From Selaginella moellendorffii (Eukaryota > Plantae > Lycopodiophyta), in assembly GCF_000143415.4 (NCBI RefSeq), contig NW_003314269.1, positions 706,401 to 770,400 of the forward strand: DNA of 64,000 nt, in the 5' to 3' direction. The position numbers and the translations under genes are program-made. The notes under the pieces were generated by a model that was not told the origin of the DNA, ran no database searches, and saw only the letters and a list, made by a program, of their open reading frames with translations. Positions 36,950-47,566 of this stretch are shown here, one piece after another. Each line of letters begins with the position of its first letter. The first letter of the stretch is position 1.

Positions 36950-38590
36950 ATGGCGGCCAGCAGCAAGAAGCTGTCCACGCTGCTCGCACCGAGGCTGCAT
37001 TGCTTGTTTTCTAGGCGCGGCCTCCACTCGGCTCTCAATCTTTGCTCGCAGAAGGCGGCAAAACTGGAGCCAGGTCGAGAGATTAGCGGATGCGACGCGA
37101 TTGCTGCGAGGAATTGGCAGATCACGGAAGATGAGAAGGACTGGAAGAGTCATGCCGCTGCCGTCGCTCGCTCCATGCAGCTTGTCAAGACTAGAATGAA
37201 GGTATGCTCCTCTTTCCACGTCTTCTTACATTTTTTCTACGTAGTGGGGAGATGTTCTATCCAAGCTCAAAGATCTGGAAAAGGAGCTCGAGAAGCCGGA
37301 CTTGTGGAGCGACACAGCTCGAGCGTCGAGATATAGCCGAGAGTTTGGATCATTGTCGTCGCGAGTGAAGGAAATCCGGGAGATGGAGTCCGAGCTGGTG
37401 GAGAATGTGGATCTCGTGGAGCTGGCGCGAGAAGAGAAAGACGAGCAAGTAGAAGCAGTAAGTGTTCCGTGATCTTTCCTGAGAAGTTGTTCTTTGTTTT
37501 TCCATTTGAAGCGTGAGTTTGCTTTATTGATATGGCAGTGCAGGAGGCAGTCTCGGCTCTAGCTACGCTGCGCAAGGCTGCGAAAGACAAAGAGTTACTC
37601 GCACTTTTGTGTGAAGAGAACGATGGATGCCCGTGCTTTCTAGAGGTAAAAGCCATCTACTTGCTTTCTTTGGTCGAGTTTTGATGGTTTTTCCTTTCAG
37701 GTGCAAGCAGGAGCTGGCGGAGCTGAAAGTATGGACTTTGCAGCAATGCTTCTTCGTATGTACAAGCTATGGGCACTGCAGCGTGGCTTCGAAGCTGCCG
37801 TGGTCGACGAAATGCCTGGTGACAGGGCGGGGATAAAGGTGTGCATTTCTCGCAAAACTGTCTTTCTAACTCCATTTTCACTGACGAAATTGTCTGAAGC
37901 GTGCAACACTTCGACTCGAAGGTGACTTTGCGTATGGTTTTGCGAAGACGGAAGCCGGAGTTCACAGGCTCGTCCGGATTTCTCCTTTCGACGAGGCCGG
38001 TCGCCGGCATACGTCATTTGCAGCGGTGGCTGTCATTCCAATCCTGGACAATGCCGGAGCCGAGATTGAGATAAACGAGGCCGACCTTGTTATTGATCGA
38101 TTTCGCTCCAGTGGAGCCGGTGGACAACACGTCAATACAACTGACAGTGCAATCCGTATCGTTCACAAGCCAACCGGAATCACTGTTCAATGCCAAAACG
38201 AGCGGTATCTTCATCTTCTCGGAGCTAAACTTCGTTCAATTTTTCTAACTAGCTACTCTCAGATCACAGCATAAAAACAAAGACAGTGCGATGGAAGTTC
38301 TTCGCTCTCGCCTGTACCAGCTGGAATTGAAACGGAAGACTGAAGAAACAGCGCAGCATACTCAGTCGCTCCATGAGATTTCATGGGGAAATCAGATTCG
38401 ATCATATGTATTGCAAGTAAGCCAACCGTTTTATCATCCTCTCGTTGTTGATACTAGCGTTTTGTTGCAGCCTTATCAAATCGTAAAAGACTTACGAACG
38501 GGTTACGAGGTGACGAATCCAACAGCCGTTCTGGACGGAGGCCTTGATCCTTTTATATTGCAGTATCTATCCAAGATGGGAAGCACTTGA
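36950..38590 (+). CDS. prfB: Organellar (probably mitochondrial) peptide chain release factor 2, multi-exon
   Basis: Transit peptide; [35 protein letters not shown] (SPF), [23 protein letters not shown] (GGQ), [10 protein letters not shown]. Confidence 0.92.
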
Positions 38591-38737
38591 AAGATGCAAA
38601 GCATCGAGGTACGCCTCAATGATTGACCACTTAGTACAACTGACGAGGAGAACTTTTTGCAAACTTTGCAGATTACAATCGATGAATTCAATGGAAGAAT
38701 CATAAGAACAACAGAGAGAGAGAGAGAAAAGAAGAGG

Positions 38738-39928
38738 CTACGGCACAGCATCCAGCCGGGGCTCAAACGCCATGCCTTCCAAGTTCGGGCAGTCCGGCAC
38801 CCACCTCCACGACTTGGTGGAGATGTCAAACAAAACGCCGTCGTGCGAGGTGTCCCGCGTGAGGAAGACGAGGTTCCTGATGCCCGAGCAGTAGAAACTC
38901 TCCGACGGCATGACCAGGAAGTACTCCGCCATCACCTTTGGCATCCGGCCAACTTCCCGCCACTTCAAGCTCCGCTGGTCCAGGAACCACACGCAGATGG
39001 TGAACACCTGGTGGCGGACACACTTCCCGACGATGGCAACCTGGCCGCTGCACTCCACCAAGTTCCGAAACTGGCAGTATCCCGGCAGCCTCCCGGTCTT
39101 GATCTTGATCCAGGTCTCGTGCTGGATGCTAAAGGCGAGCAGCGAGCAATTGTACCAGCGCGGGGTGAGGCAGTAGAGCACTCCATTGCACAGCGCGACG
39201 TTGCGGGAGATCTCCTCTCCGCGAGGAAGGCAGGCGGAGCGCTTCCAGGAGTTCGTGGCGGAGCTGTAGACTTCGGTGGTCCAGCGGCCGGCGACGACGA
39301 GCTTGTAGGACTTGGTGGCGGCGTCGGCGACCATGGTGACGAGCGTGGGACGGTGGTGGAAGAGCATCGGCGGGAGCTCGCGCCAGGCCTTGGTGAGGGG
39401 GTTGCAGACGAAGAGCGCGGTGTACTCGTCGTTGTTGTAGCCTTGGAAGTGATTGGTGAAGCACAGGAGGCCTCGAGCAGTGGCGACGGGGAGGCCGGCG
39501 TTTGGGGGGAGGAAGGCGAGCGGGAGCTTGTACCAGCGGCTGGCGGCGGGGCTGAAGGTGGTGAGGAGCTGCTGGCAGTCGCAGGCGATGATCTTGACGA
39601 AGAGGATGGCGGTGGAGGGGACGGTGGCGCACAGGTCGTGGAAGCTCTTGGAGGTGGCGAGGCGGGACCAGCGGCGGCACAGGGTGGCGAGGCGGAAGAA
39701 GGCGTCGATGGGCAGCCAGGCGAGGATCCGGTCGAGGAGGTCGTCCGGGAGGTGCGACCAGAGGTTGGGATCCATGGTGGTGGTGATCATCTGGTGGTCT
39801 TGGTGGTGGTAGCGAAGGTCAATCGCTTGCTGCTGTTGCTGGGAGTGGTACAAGGCATTGTTGTAGCTCCTGCGGAAGCCCGCGTAGAACTGGCGCGCTT
39901 CGTCCAGGAAAACTTCGCCGGGATTCAT
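38738..39928 (-). CDS. F-box protein with kelch-like/FBA beta-propeller (LCR/UFO-related family), intronless
   Basis: MDPNLWSHLPDDLLDRILAWLP, GLLCF, LFVCNPLTKAWRELPPM, WREVGRMP, FEPRLDA; first in-frame ATG at 39928. Confidence 0.88.
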   Translation of the reverse strand: MNPGEVFLDEARQFYAGFRRSYNNALYHSQQQQQAIDLRYHHQDHQMITTTMDPNLWSHLPDDLLDRILAWLPIDAFFRLATLCRRWSRLATSKSFHDLCATVPSTAILFVKIIACDCQQLLTTFSPAASRWYKLPLAFLPPNAGLPVATARGLLCFTNHFQGYNNDEYTALFVCNPLTKAWRELPPMLFHHRPTLVTMVADAATKSYKLVVAGRWTTEVYSSATNSWKRSACLPRGEEISRNVALCNGVLYCLTPRWYNCSLLAFSIQHETWIKIKTGRLPGYCQFRNLVECSGQVAIVGKCVRHQVFTICVWFLDQRSLKWREVGRMPKVMAEYFLVMPSESFYCSGIRNLVFLTRDTSHDGVLFDISTKSWRWVPDCPNLEGMAFEPRLDAVP

Positions 39929-40525
39929 CAAGGCATGGAGTCTCCCCTGCAGTTCTAGCGATCCTGGGAAGAGCTTGAGCTTGAGGTTGAGAGAAACTTG
40001 GGCATAGCAGCTGTGCTCTTGGCTCCTTGGATCGATCGAGATTGCTTTGGTCGATCGATCCAAACGGAGGAGAAATTCCGGCGAAGGGAAGCAAAGGATA
40101 TACTAAAACTCCACTCCACTCAGCCTCTTTTCCTTCTTCCCGTCCAACCCAACAAGAAAAGAGGAAGTTTTCCCTTCTTTTCTCTCCTCTCTTCCCTTGT
40201 TTCCAAGCCAAGCGTGGATGTGCTGCGCGCTGGCTTTGCGGCGGCGTGTGTGCGTCGTGTTTTGGTGTTGGTGGTCGGTGGCCGATCCTCGATCGGTGGA
40301 AACAAAAAGAGAGGAAGATCTGGAAGGAGGAAGGAAGATCTGGAAGGAGGAAGGAATTGGAGGAGAGATCTTTGCAGTGGCGAGGGGCGGGCGGCCTCGA
40401 AGAGGTGCCCGCCCCCCCGACTCTGCTCGCAATTGCCGCGCTTCGTTTTCTAGGGTTCTATCCCCTCTTTTGGTGCTCGATTCCCGCCGAAATTTAAAAA
40501 GTACCGCCGCCAAAATTTGAATTTT

Positions 40526-40532
40526 AAAAAAA
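40526..40532 (-). terminator. Pol III oligo-T terminator of tRNA-Ala
   Basis: T7 run 4 nt downstream of the tRNA on the minus strand. Confidence 0.75.
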
Positions 40533-40536
40533 GCGC

Positions 40537-40609
40537 TGGAGTTGAGGGGCATCGATCCCCTTGCCTATCGCATGCAAAGCGATCGCTCTACCATCTGAGC
40601 TACAACCCC
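40537..40609 (-). tRNA. trnA-UGC: tRNA-Ala(TGC)
   Basis: GGGGTTGTAGCTCAGATGGTAGAGCGATCGCTTTGCATGCGATAGGCAAGGGGATCGATGCCCCTCAACTCCA folds as a cloverleaf; G3:U70 Ala determinant; eukaryotic A54 T-loop. Confidence 0.96.
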
Positions 40610-40652
40610 ACCACGTAGAGGGGTATAATAGCGGGGATATTCTCGTCTCGCA

Positions 40653-41920
40653 ATGGCTATTGTCTCTTCTCTCCATTCTTGTAATGCCAGGCGCTGCGTG
40701 GTTCTATCGGCGCTAGGGCGCGCCAGCGGCAGCGAGGTCAGCGATGCCGCGGCGCTCGTGCAGCGCGAGCTCCGGAATGGTGATCACCGCAAGGCGCTGG
40801 CGCTGGCGGCTGCGCGATTGCGGGCGTTTGGAGCAGCGAGACAGGTAGGTATTGGAGGATTTCTTGCTGGAATCCACTCGCAGTGTTGCCGCAGGTCCCG
40901 CAGAGGATTTACACGCTGGAGGAGCTGCGGCTGAACGGCATCGACACTGCCAGATTTCTATCGCCTGTGGATTTCACGCTCGGAACGGTGAGGAGAAATC
41001 TCCAGCTCGCAGCTTTGGCGGGAGGGATTGCAGCATGGCAGCTCTTCCACCTTGATCAGTTCCAGCTGCTCATCGGTGTTGTTGTTGCTCTTTTTGTTGG
41101 AACTTTGGATCAGGTAATCTAGAGTTTTTCTTTCCTCTTTGTTTTTTCATTCATCTAGAACAGATTGTCTACAATGGTGGTGTGGAAGCGTTGCTCCTTG
41201 ACACTCTCGGTCGTGTTGTAAGCGGCAAGTACAAGAATAGAGTAGCTCAGGTACGCATTTCTTCCAGTTTCTCTCATGTTAATAGTTTCCCTCTGCAGCA
41301 CGAGGCAGGGCATTTCCTGGTGGCTTACTTGATGGGAATTTTACCCGCGGACTACACATTGTCAAGCCTTGATGCCTTCAGAAAGAATGGCTCACTGAAT
41401 GTCCAAGCCGGGACAAGTTTCGTGGATTTCGAGTTCCAGGAGGAAGTAAGTTTCAAGTTTCCTGCTTCTAAAGTAGCGAAGCTGATCCTGTTTGCAGGTA
41501 AACACTGGAAAGCTATCTTCTGGGGTATGACTTCTGTGGATATCACATTTCTCATGCGGTTTATGGCAGACTTTAAACAAGTATGCTTGCGTTGCGCTGG
41601 CTGGTGTAGCAACAGAGTTCCTTAAGTTCGGACTTGCAGAAGGGGGACTATCAGACATCCAGCAGGTGATTGAACGATGAAGCTAAATTCACTGTTTCAC
41701 AAAAAGTTTCCTGCAGCTGGACGAGCTTCTCAAACGGCTCAACTTCACGCAACTCAAGGCCGATTCCCAGGTGAGATGGGCCGTTCTCAACACTGTCAGC
41801 ATCCTCCGGAGGCATCTGGCTCTTCACAGCAAGCTTGCCGAGGCCATGGACGCTGGTAAAAGTGTAGGCCAATGCATCGAGCTCATTGAAACTGAGCTCG
41901 CGGGATGCACGGACCTCTAA
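40653..41920 (+). CDS. Plastid membrane protein with a peptidase M41-like HExxH domain but no AAA domain ('stress regulated protein' family)
   Basis: Transit peptide; FGAARQ|VPQRIYTLEELRLNG; TM hairpin; RVAQ|HEAGHFLVAYLMG; VALAGVATE; AEGGLSDI. Confidence 0.82.
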
Positions 41921-42003
41921 AGCTCCACAATATCAACGTTAAGTGTTAAGTGTGTCTCGCTTACTCAAGCGCTCTCAGCTTAGCCAGAAACGCTTGAACA
42001 AGA

Positions 42004-44265
42004 TCACGTTAGCATGTTGGACACAACCACATACGGTGCTGCTCTGCTATCGTCATCAATCCCAGGAACGCTGTTACCTCTGCCAGCGTCTCCATGGAGC
42101 TTGCAAGCGCCAACCAGGCTCATCCAAGACGTCGAGTCGGGCTCGAACGGCATGCTCCGGAAGAGATCCTCGGCCCGGTCCAGCCATCCAGCACGGGCCA
42201 GAAGATCAATCAAGCATCCATAGTGCTCGTCATTCGCCGCAACGCTGCCATCCTCGACCAAGTTGGAGAAACATGACAGCGCTTCCTCGACCAGACCTCC
42301 GTGGCTACAAGCGAAGAGCACCACGAGATAACTGGCACTGTCCGACTCCATGCCTTGCAGCTGCATTGCGCGACTGAGCTCGACCGTCTCCACCGACTGT
42401 CCTTGCTGAGCAAAGCCCGACATCAGCGCGTTCCACGCGACGGTGTTCTTGGCGGAGATGTCGTTGAAGCAAGACATTGCTCGGTCCAACATTCCAAACT
42501 TCCCGTACATGGCCACCAGAGCGCTCCCGACGGCCGAGTGGTGCTCCAGTCCCATGGACAAAACTCTCGCGTGGATGGACTTGCCTTTGGCCGCGTCGCC
42601 GGTGACAGTACAGGCAGTGACAACGTTGGTGAGCGTTATGACGTTCGCTCTCACGCCTTCGAGCTCCATGCCATGGAAGACCACCAGGGCCGTGTCGCAG
42701 CATCCGTGCTGGGTGTAAAGCCCCATGATGGTGTTCCACGACACCTCGTCCCTGCGTTCCAAGGAGTGGAAAACGGCGGTGGCGGAGCTGAGACGTCCAC
42801 AGGAGCCGTAAAACTGCATCAGGCTGTTGCTCACGAAAGGAAGCTCGTCAAGGCCGCAGCTGCGAATCCTGTGGTGGAGCGACGCACCGCGGGTGAGAGC
42901 TCCGAGGCTGCTAGCCGCTCCCAGCACCGCCACGTACGTCACTTCCGTCGGCTCCACGCCGTGGAGATCCATCAACGTAAACAGCTTCAAGGCCATCCCG
43001 GGATCGCCACACTCGGCATAAGCCGCGATCATCGTGTTCCAGGCAATGCAGTCTCGAGCACCGCCAGCTTCCTCCCGGAAAACTGTTACCGCGTCCTCCA
43101 GACTCCGGCACTCGCGGTAAACATTGAGCAGCGAGTCGACCACGGCAGTGTCCGCATCCACCCTCGCTCGCAGCTGCGCGTGGATCATCCTCGCCTTGTC
43201 CAGCTTCCGGAGCACCGAGCACACTCCCAGGATCTCAACGATGGTGACCACGTCCGGAGCCACTCCTTCCAGCTCCATCTTCTCGAAGAGCTCGAGAGCC
43301 TCCCGGTGGTGCCCGCTCTGGACGTACGCGGAGATCATCGAGTTCCAGAGCTCGACACTGGATCGCGGAACCCGGCGGTGGAAGAAGACACTCTTCGCAC
43401 TCTCGAGCATCTGGAAGCGGCCATACATGCTGACGAGCGCGCTGGCGACGGTGTCGTCCCCGTCGGAGCCACAGCAGATGATACAGGCGTGGATCGCCCG
43501 ACCATCGGGTTCGCTCGCGCAAGCACCGAGAGCGCTCAGCATCGCCACCTTGTCCGGCGCAACTCCTTCCAGGTGCATGGCTCGGTAGAGTCCCAGAGCT
43601 TCGCGGCCCATCTTAAACTGGGAGTATGCCGCGATCAAGGCGGTGTAGGCGACAGCGCTCTTGAGCTCCAGGCGCTGGAAGAGCTCTTCCGCCAGCGCGA
43701 ACTCCCCGGCCTTGGCGTACATGTTGATGAGCGAGACTCTGAGCACCGCGTCCGACTGGAAGCTGGAGGTGGCGATGGTGGAGTGAAGAGAGCGCCCGAT
43801 GTGGAGATCCCCCAGGCTGGAGCACGCCCCCACCGCCGTCGCGAATGCGACCCGGTCGAGCTCCACGCCGTCGAGGCACATTGCCTGGAAGAGGTGGATG
43901 GCTTGCCGCGGGTCCCCGTTCTGGGCAAATGCCGTCATGGCGATGGTCCAGGTGAAGAGGTTCCTCTCGCGGATGGAGTGGAACGCGGCCTCGGCGTCTC
44001 GGAGGCTGCCACACTTGCCATACATGTCCACCAAGAGGTTTCCCAGGTATGTCTCTCTGGAGTAGCCGTCCTTGCTCATCTGGTCGTGGATGGTTTTGCC
44101 TTGCTCGAGGCTGTCGCATTGTCGCAGGAGAGAGGCGTATCTGTAGCGCTTGGTGACGAACTCTTGCGGATTTTCATCTTGGTCCTGTGGTGGCGCTTGA
44201 GATGCCTTGCGCCGAGTGCCTCGCAGCGGCGTCGGCTTTTGTCCGTGCCTCTTCCAGATGCCCAT
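42004..44265 (-). CDS. PLS-class PPR protein, intronless, with a truncated E domain and no DYW
   Basis: 753-aa ORF of P/L/S repeats (NLLVDMYGKCGSL, WNSMISAYVQSG, HYGCLIDLLARAG); ends YVVVSNMLT*. Confidence 0.93.
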   Translation of the reverse strand: MGIWKRHGQKPTPLRGTRRKASQAPPQDQDENPQEFVTKRYRYASLLRQCDSLEQGKTIHDQMSKDGYSRETYLGNLLVDMYGKCGSLRDAEAAFHSIRERNLFTWTIAMTAFAQNGDPRQAIHLFQAMCLDGVELDRVAFATAVGACSSLGDLHIGRSLHSTIATSSFQSDAVLRVSLINMYAKAGEFALAEELFQRLELKSAVAYTALIAAYSQFKMGREALGLYRAMHLEGVAPDKVAMLSALGACASEPDGRAIHACIICCGSDGDDTVASALVSMYGRFQMLESAKSVFFHRRVPRSSVELWNSMISAYVQSGHHREALELFEKMELEGVAPDVVTIVEILGVCSVLRKLDKARMIHAQLRARVDADTAVVDSLLNVYRECRSLEDAVTVFREEAGGARDCIAWNTMIAAYAECGDPGMALKLFTLMDLHGVEPTEVTYVAVLGAASSLGALTRGASLHHRIRSCGLDELPFVSNSLMQFYGSCGRLSSATAVFHSLERRDEVSWNTIMGLYTQHGCCDTALVVFHGMELEGVRANVITLTNVVTACTVTGDAAKGKSIHARVLSMGLEHHSAVGSALVAMYGKFGMLDRAMSCFNDISAKNTVAWNALMSGFAQQGQSVETVELSRAMQLQGMESDSASYLVVLFACSHGGLVEEALSCFSNLVEDGSVAANDEHYGCLIDLLARAGWLDRAEDLFRSMPFEPDSTSWMSLVGACKLHGDAGRGNSVPGIDDDSRAAPYVVVSNMLT

Positions 44266-44322
44266 TGCCGCGGCCTCATGCTAGAAGTTCTCTGGATACT
44301 TAATAGAAAATGCAAGAACAGT

Positions 44323-45764
44323 TTAATCTGGAAAGATACCTCCTAGTGTCATGTCAAAGTGTTTCCATCCAGCACCCCAGTGCGAGAAATCCACGTCTTG
44401 TTCATTCTCATTGCTGAGTTCGTACGTCACCACGGGAACTGTCTTGCGAAGCATCGAGCTTTCGCCTTCCTCCCATAAGCTCCCTGATGTAAGTGCCAGT
44501 GCCAGCGGCTCGTCCTCCTCGGATGTCAACCTGATAAAACATCCGTCCGCAAAGTTGATTCTTCACGAAAACAATGGCTTACCCTTCAACGAAGTACGCA
44601 TTCGGCTCCTCCCTTAAGCTTGGGAGCTGAGTGGTCTGTGACATTTCCTCTCGGCCTACTGGAAGATATCCAGGGCCACGCCTTTGACGAGCAGGACTTC
44701 TCATCGTATCCCAGGGAAAGTCTTCATAGCCTTCGCGCAGCCTCTTCTGGGTCGGCATTTCGTCATCTTCAAGAATGTCGAGAATGGAAATGCCTGCGTG
44801 ATCAAATGAAATAAACACCAGAACAGGATCAAGTTCCTCTTACATCGTTCTTGCGGGAGTGCTAGTTTCCCCTCTCTCGGCTCGTTGCGACAAGCAGTAG
44901 CGCTGCTTTGCGTTCCGTCGATATTCTCACCGTAGTTTCTGGTAGCAGGAGAAGCAGCCGCGGAAATTGGTTCCTTGGACCTTTTCGCAGCAGCAGCAGT
45001 AGCAGCGGTGCTGATTTGTTCCTCGTATCGTTTCCCAGCATCCTTGGGAGAGGGAGAAGCGATACCAGAAAATTTGGTTTGTTCCTTGGAGTCATTCCAA
45101 GCAGCAGCATTGGGAGCTGGATCGATTCGTTTCTCCGATTCATTCGCAGCAGTCTTTGGACGTGAAGGCTGGTAACTCATCACCGCAGAAGGATGATCCG
45201 GAGAAGGAGTCCTCGCTTCTAGGATGATCTCTTTCCTCCTGTGTTAAAGCAACGAAAAGACGAGTATAAGCTGAGCGAAAAACTTACTCGATTGCTCTCT
45301 CTAACTCACCCAAAGGGATTTTCATCGTCCACGCTTTCGACTGGAGCAGCAGAGCACAGCTTCACCTCTTTACTCCTTGTGTTAAAGCAACGTAAAAACG
45401 AGTATAAGCAGAGCGAAAAACTTACTCCATTGACTCACCCAAAGGGATTTTCATCGTCCAAGCTTTCGACTGGAGCAGCCGAGCACAGCTTCTCAAGCCC
45501 CAGCAAATCAAGAGATCGAGATCTTCCCACAGCATGCTGTCCCGGATCCCTCTCCAGGCGCCTGCGCTGCTCGAAAAATCTCTTCTGCCTACGCAGCAGC
45601 CGTGTTCCATCGATCGAAATATCAGAAACTACAACCAATACCTAGCCTCGACAGAGTTCCTGGTCTTCTCGCGCACCAAGAAATGCGATCAAACGAAAGA
45701 ATCGCGAGAACATCAGCCCTACCTGCTTGATCTTCTTCCGGGATCCTCCCATCCATTGCAGCAT
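44323..45764 (-). CDS. HEIP1: HEI10-interacting protein 1 / C12orf40-like meiotic protein, multi-exon
   Basis: Diagnostic N-terminus MLQWMGGSRKK...RQKRFFEQRR and SLDLL motif, followed by a low-complexity region; 3' end approximate. Confidence 0.72.
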
Positions 45765-45776
45765 CGTCGAACAGGC

Positions 45777-45851
45777 TAGGGTTTATCCTCTTCCCGCCCA
45801 AAGTAATTACCCCTGACAGGGCTCGAACGCGGGATCTACCTCCTAGGGTTT
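45777..45851. promoter_or_regulatory. Two telo-boxes (TAGGGTTT) in the divergent HEIP1/PEX4 promoter
   Basis: Motifs at 45777-45784 and 45844-45851; related motifs upstream of other genes at ~33363, ~36886-36898 and ~47593. Confidence 0.55.
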
Positions 45852-45861
45852 GCGAGCAAAA

Positions 45862-46578
45862 ATGGTAAGACTCAAATGCATCGATCAATCGCCAGATCAC
45901 TCGTTTCCCTCCTCCCAATTTCCAGTCGAACAGAGCGCGGCTGTTCAAGGAGTACCGGGAAGTCCAGAAGGATCGCAACGCGGATTCGGACATCCAGCTC
46001 GTCTGCGATGACACAAACATCCATCGATGGACGGCACATATCAAGGTAAGGAATTTCACGCAGAGTGAGAGAGAGAGAGAGAGAAATTTCGCTTGGATTT
46101 CCAGGGACCTGCCGAGACTCCATACCACGAAGGCGTGTTCCAGCTCGCGATAAGCGTCCCGGACAACTATCCTCTACTTCCACCGCTGGTCCGCTTCGTC
46201 ACAAAGATCTTTCATCCAAACGTTCACTTCAAGGTACCGCAAATCTTTCATCCTGGCCTGGAAGAACTCAAAAGAAAAATAGTAAGCTTTCTTTTTTTTT
46301 TCTATTCCAGACTGGAGAGATTTGCCTCGACATTCTCAAGACCGCTTGGAGCCCGGCATGGACGTTGCAATCGGTTTGCCGAGCGGTGATTGCTTTGATG
46401 GCTCATCCCGAGGCAGACAGCCCTCTCAACTGCGACTGCGGTAAGAGATCTTTACTCCAAAGTTGCCAAGTTTGAGCTGGATGTCCCAGGGAATTTGCTG
46501 CGATCCGGCGATGTGCGAGGCTATCGATCCATGGCTAGAATGTATACTAGGCTGGCTGCTCTGCCCAGCTCGTCATAG
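45862..46578 (+). CDS. PEX4: Peroxin 4, ubiquitin-conjugating enzyme (UBC21)
   Basis: ATG micro-exon; RARLFKEYREVQ, FHPNVHFK|TGEICLDILKTAWSPAWTLQSVCRA, HPEADSPLNCD, GDVRGYRSMARMYTRLAA. Confidence 0.93.
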
Positions 46579-46666
46579 TCTCTCCTGTGGTAAACCATTG
46601 TCTGTATTGCGATTGAATAACACACACACACACACATAGTTGTGACTTACGTGTTAGAAGAATGGA

Positions 46667-47566
46667 TCACATTTCACCACATTGCGAAATTGTGCATTGG
46701 AGCTTTGGCTTGTTGCTCTGACCAGTCTGGACGTTTTCGATCTTTCGCACCACTAAAAGTCCATCGCCCAAAACCCTCTGGAAAAAATAGAGCATGAGTT
46801 TTGCAGCTCAAGTTTGAGAAGAACTTACTCCAAACACCACATGCTTGTTGTCGAGCCAGTCGCATTTGGCGCAAGTTATAAAGAACTACACAAACAACAT
46901 CTTCCGTAAGTATAGATCACCCACAGAAGATCACAAAAAGTACCTGACAGCCATTTGTGTTTGGGCCGCTGTTAGCCTGCGCATTCATTCCAAGCGTCAA
47001 AATGGAATTTCTCGGGTCGAAGGAAAAGAAAGTTAGCAGCTCATACCATGGACAAAAGACCCGGGCCAGTGTGCTTGGCTACGAAGTTTTCATCTTCAAA
47101 TTTACTTCCATAGATGCTCACGCATCCGTTTCCATCGCCCTGTGAAGAAGCAAAACGGTCAGTGGCAAGAACTTGGAAAGAATGTCACTTCACCTTGAGA
47201 AAATCCCCGCCTTGAATCATGAAGTCTTTGATCACGCGGTGGAAGCTGCAGTTCTTGTATCCTTGTGGTGTCCCGGCTTTTCTACAAACATAGGATCGAA
47301 CCAGACTTCTTATCAAGAGAGAAAACCCTCCTTACCGAAAATCACCAGTGCAAAATTGCCTGCCAAAGAAAGAAAATAAATCTCTGAAACAAAACAGACA
47401 CGAAGTAGAACTAATACCTGAAGTTCTCGGCCGTCTTGGGAACAATGTCGGCGAAGAGCTCCATCTTGATCCGCCCAGCAGGCGCCGTCCCGATTGTGAT
47501 GTCGAAGAAGACGACGGGGTTCTTTGGATTCTGCGGCCTCAGGTGCCACTCTACAACCCCCGCCAT
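46667..47566 (-). CDS. CYP22: Cyclophilin H-type peptidyl-prolyl isomerase (spliceosomal)
   Basis: [81 protein letters not shown]. Confidence 0.92.

Noticed and set aside
42301-44346. 681-aa plus-strand ORF (and similar ORFs at 38657-39958 and 33872-34669)
   Set aside because: Antisense shadows of GC3-rich coding regions (PPR, F-box, kinase) with no recognisable motifs
17672-47566. Possible biosynthetic or functional gene cluster (ACS-like, GDSL, RGP, MTP, PNG1)
   Set aside because: The functions are unrelated; proximity reflects genome compaction rather than a pathway
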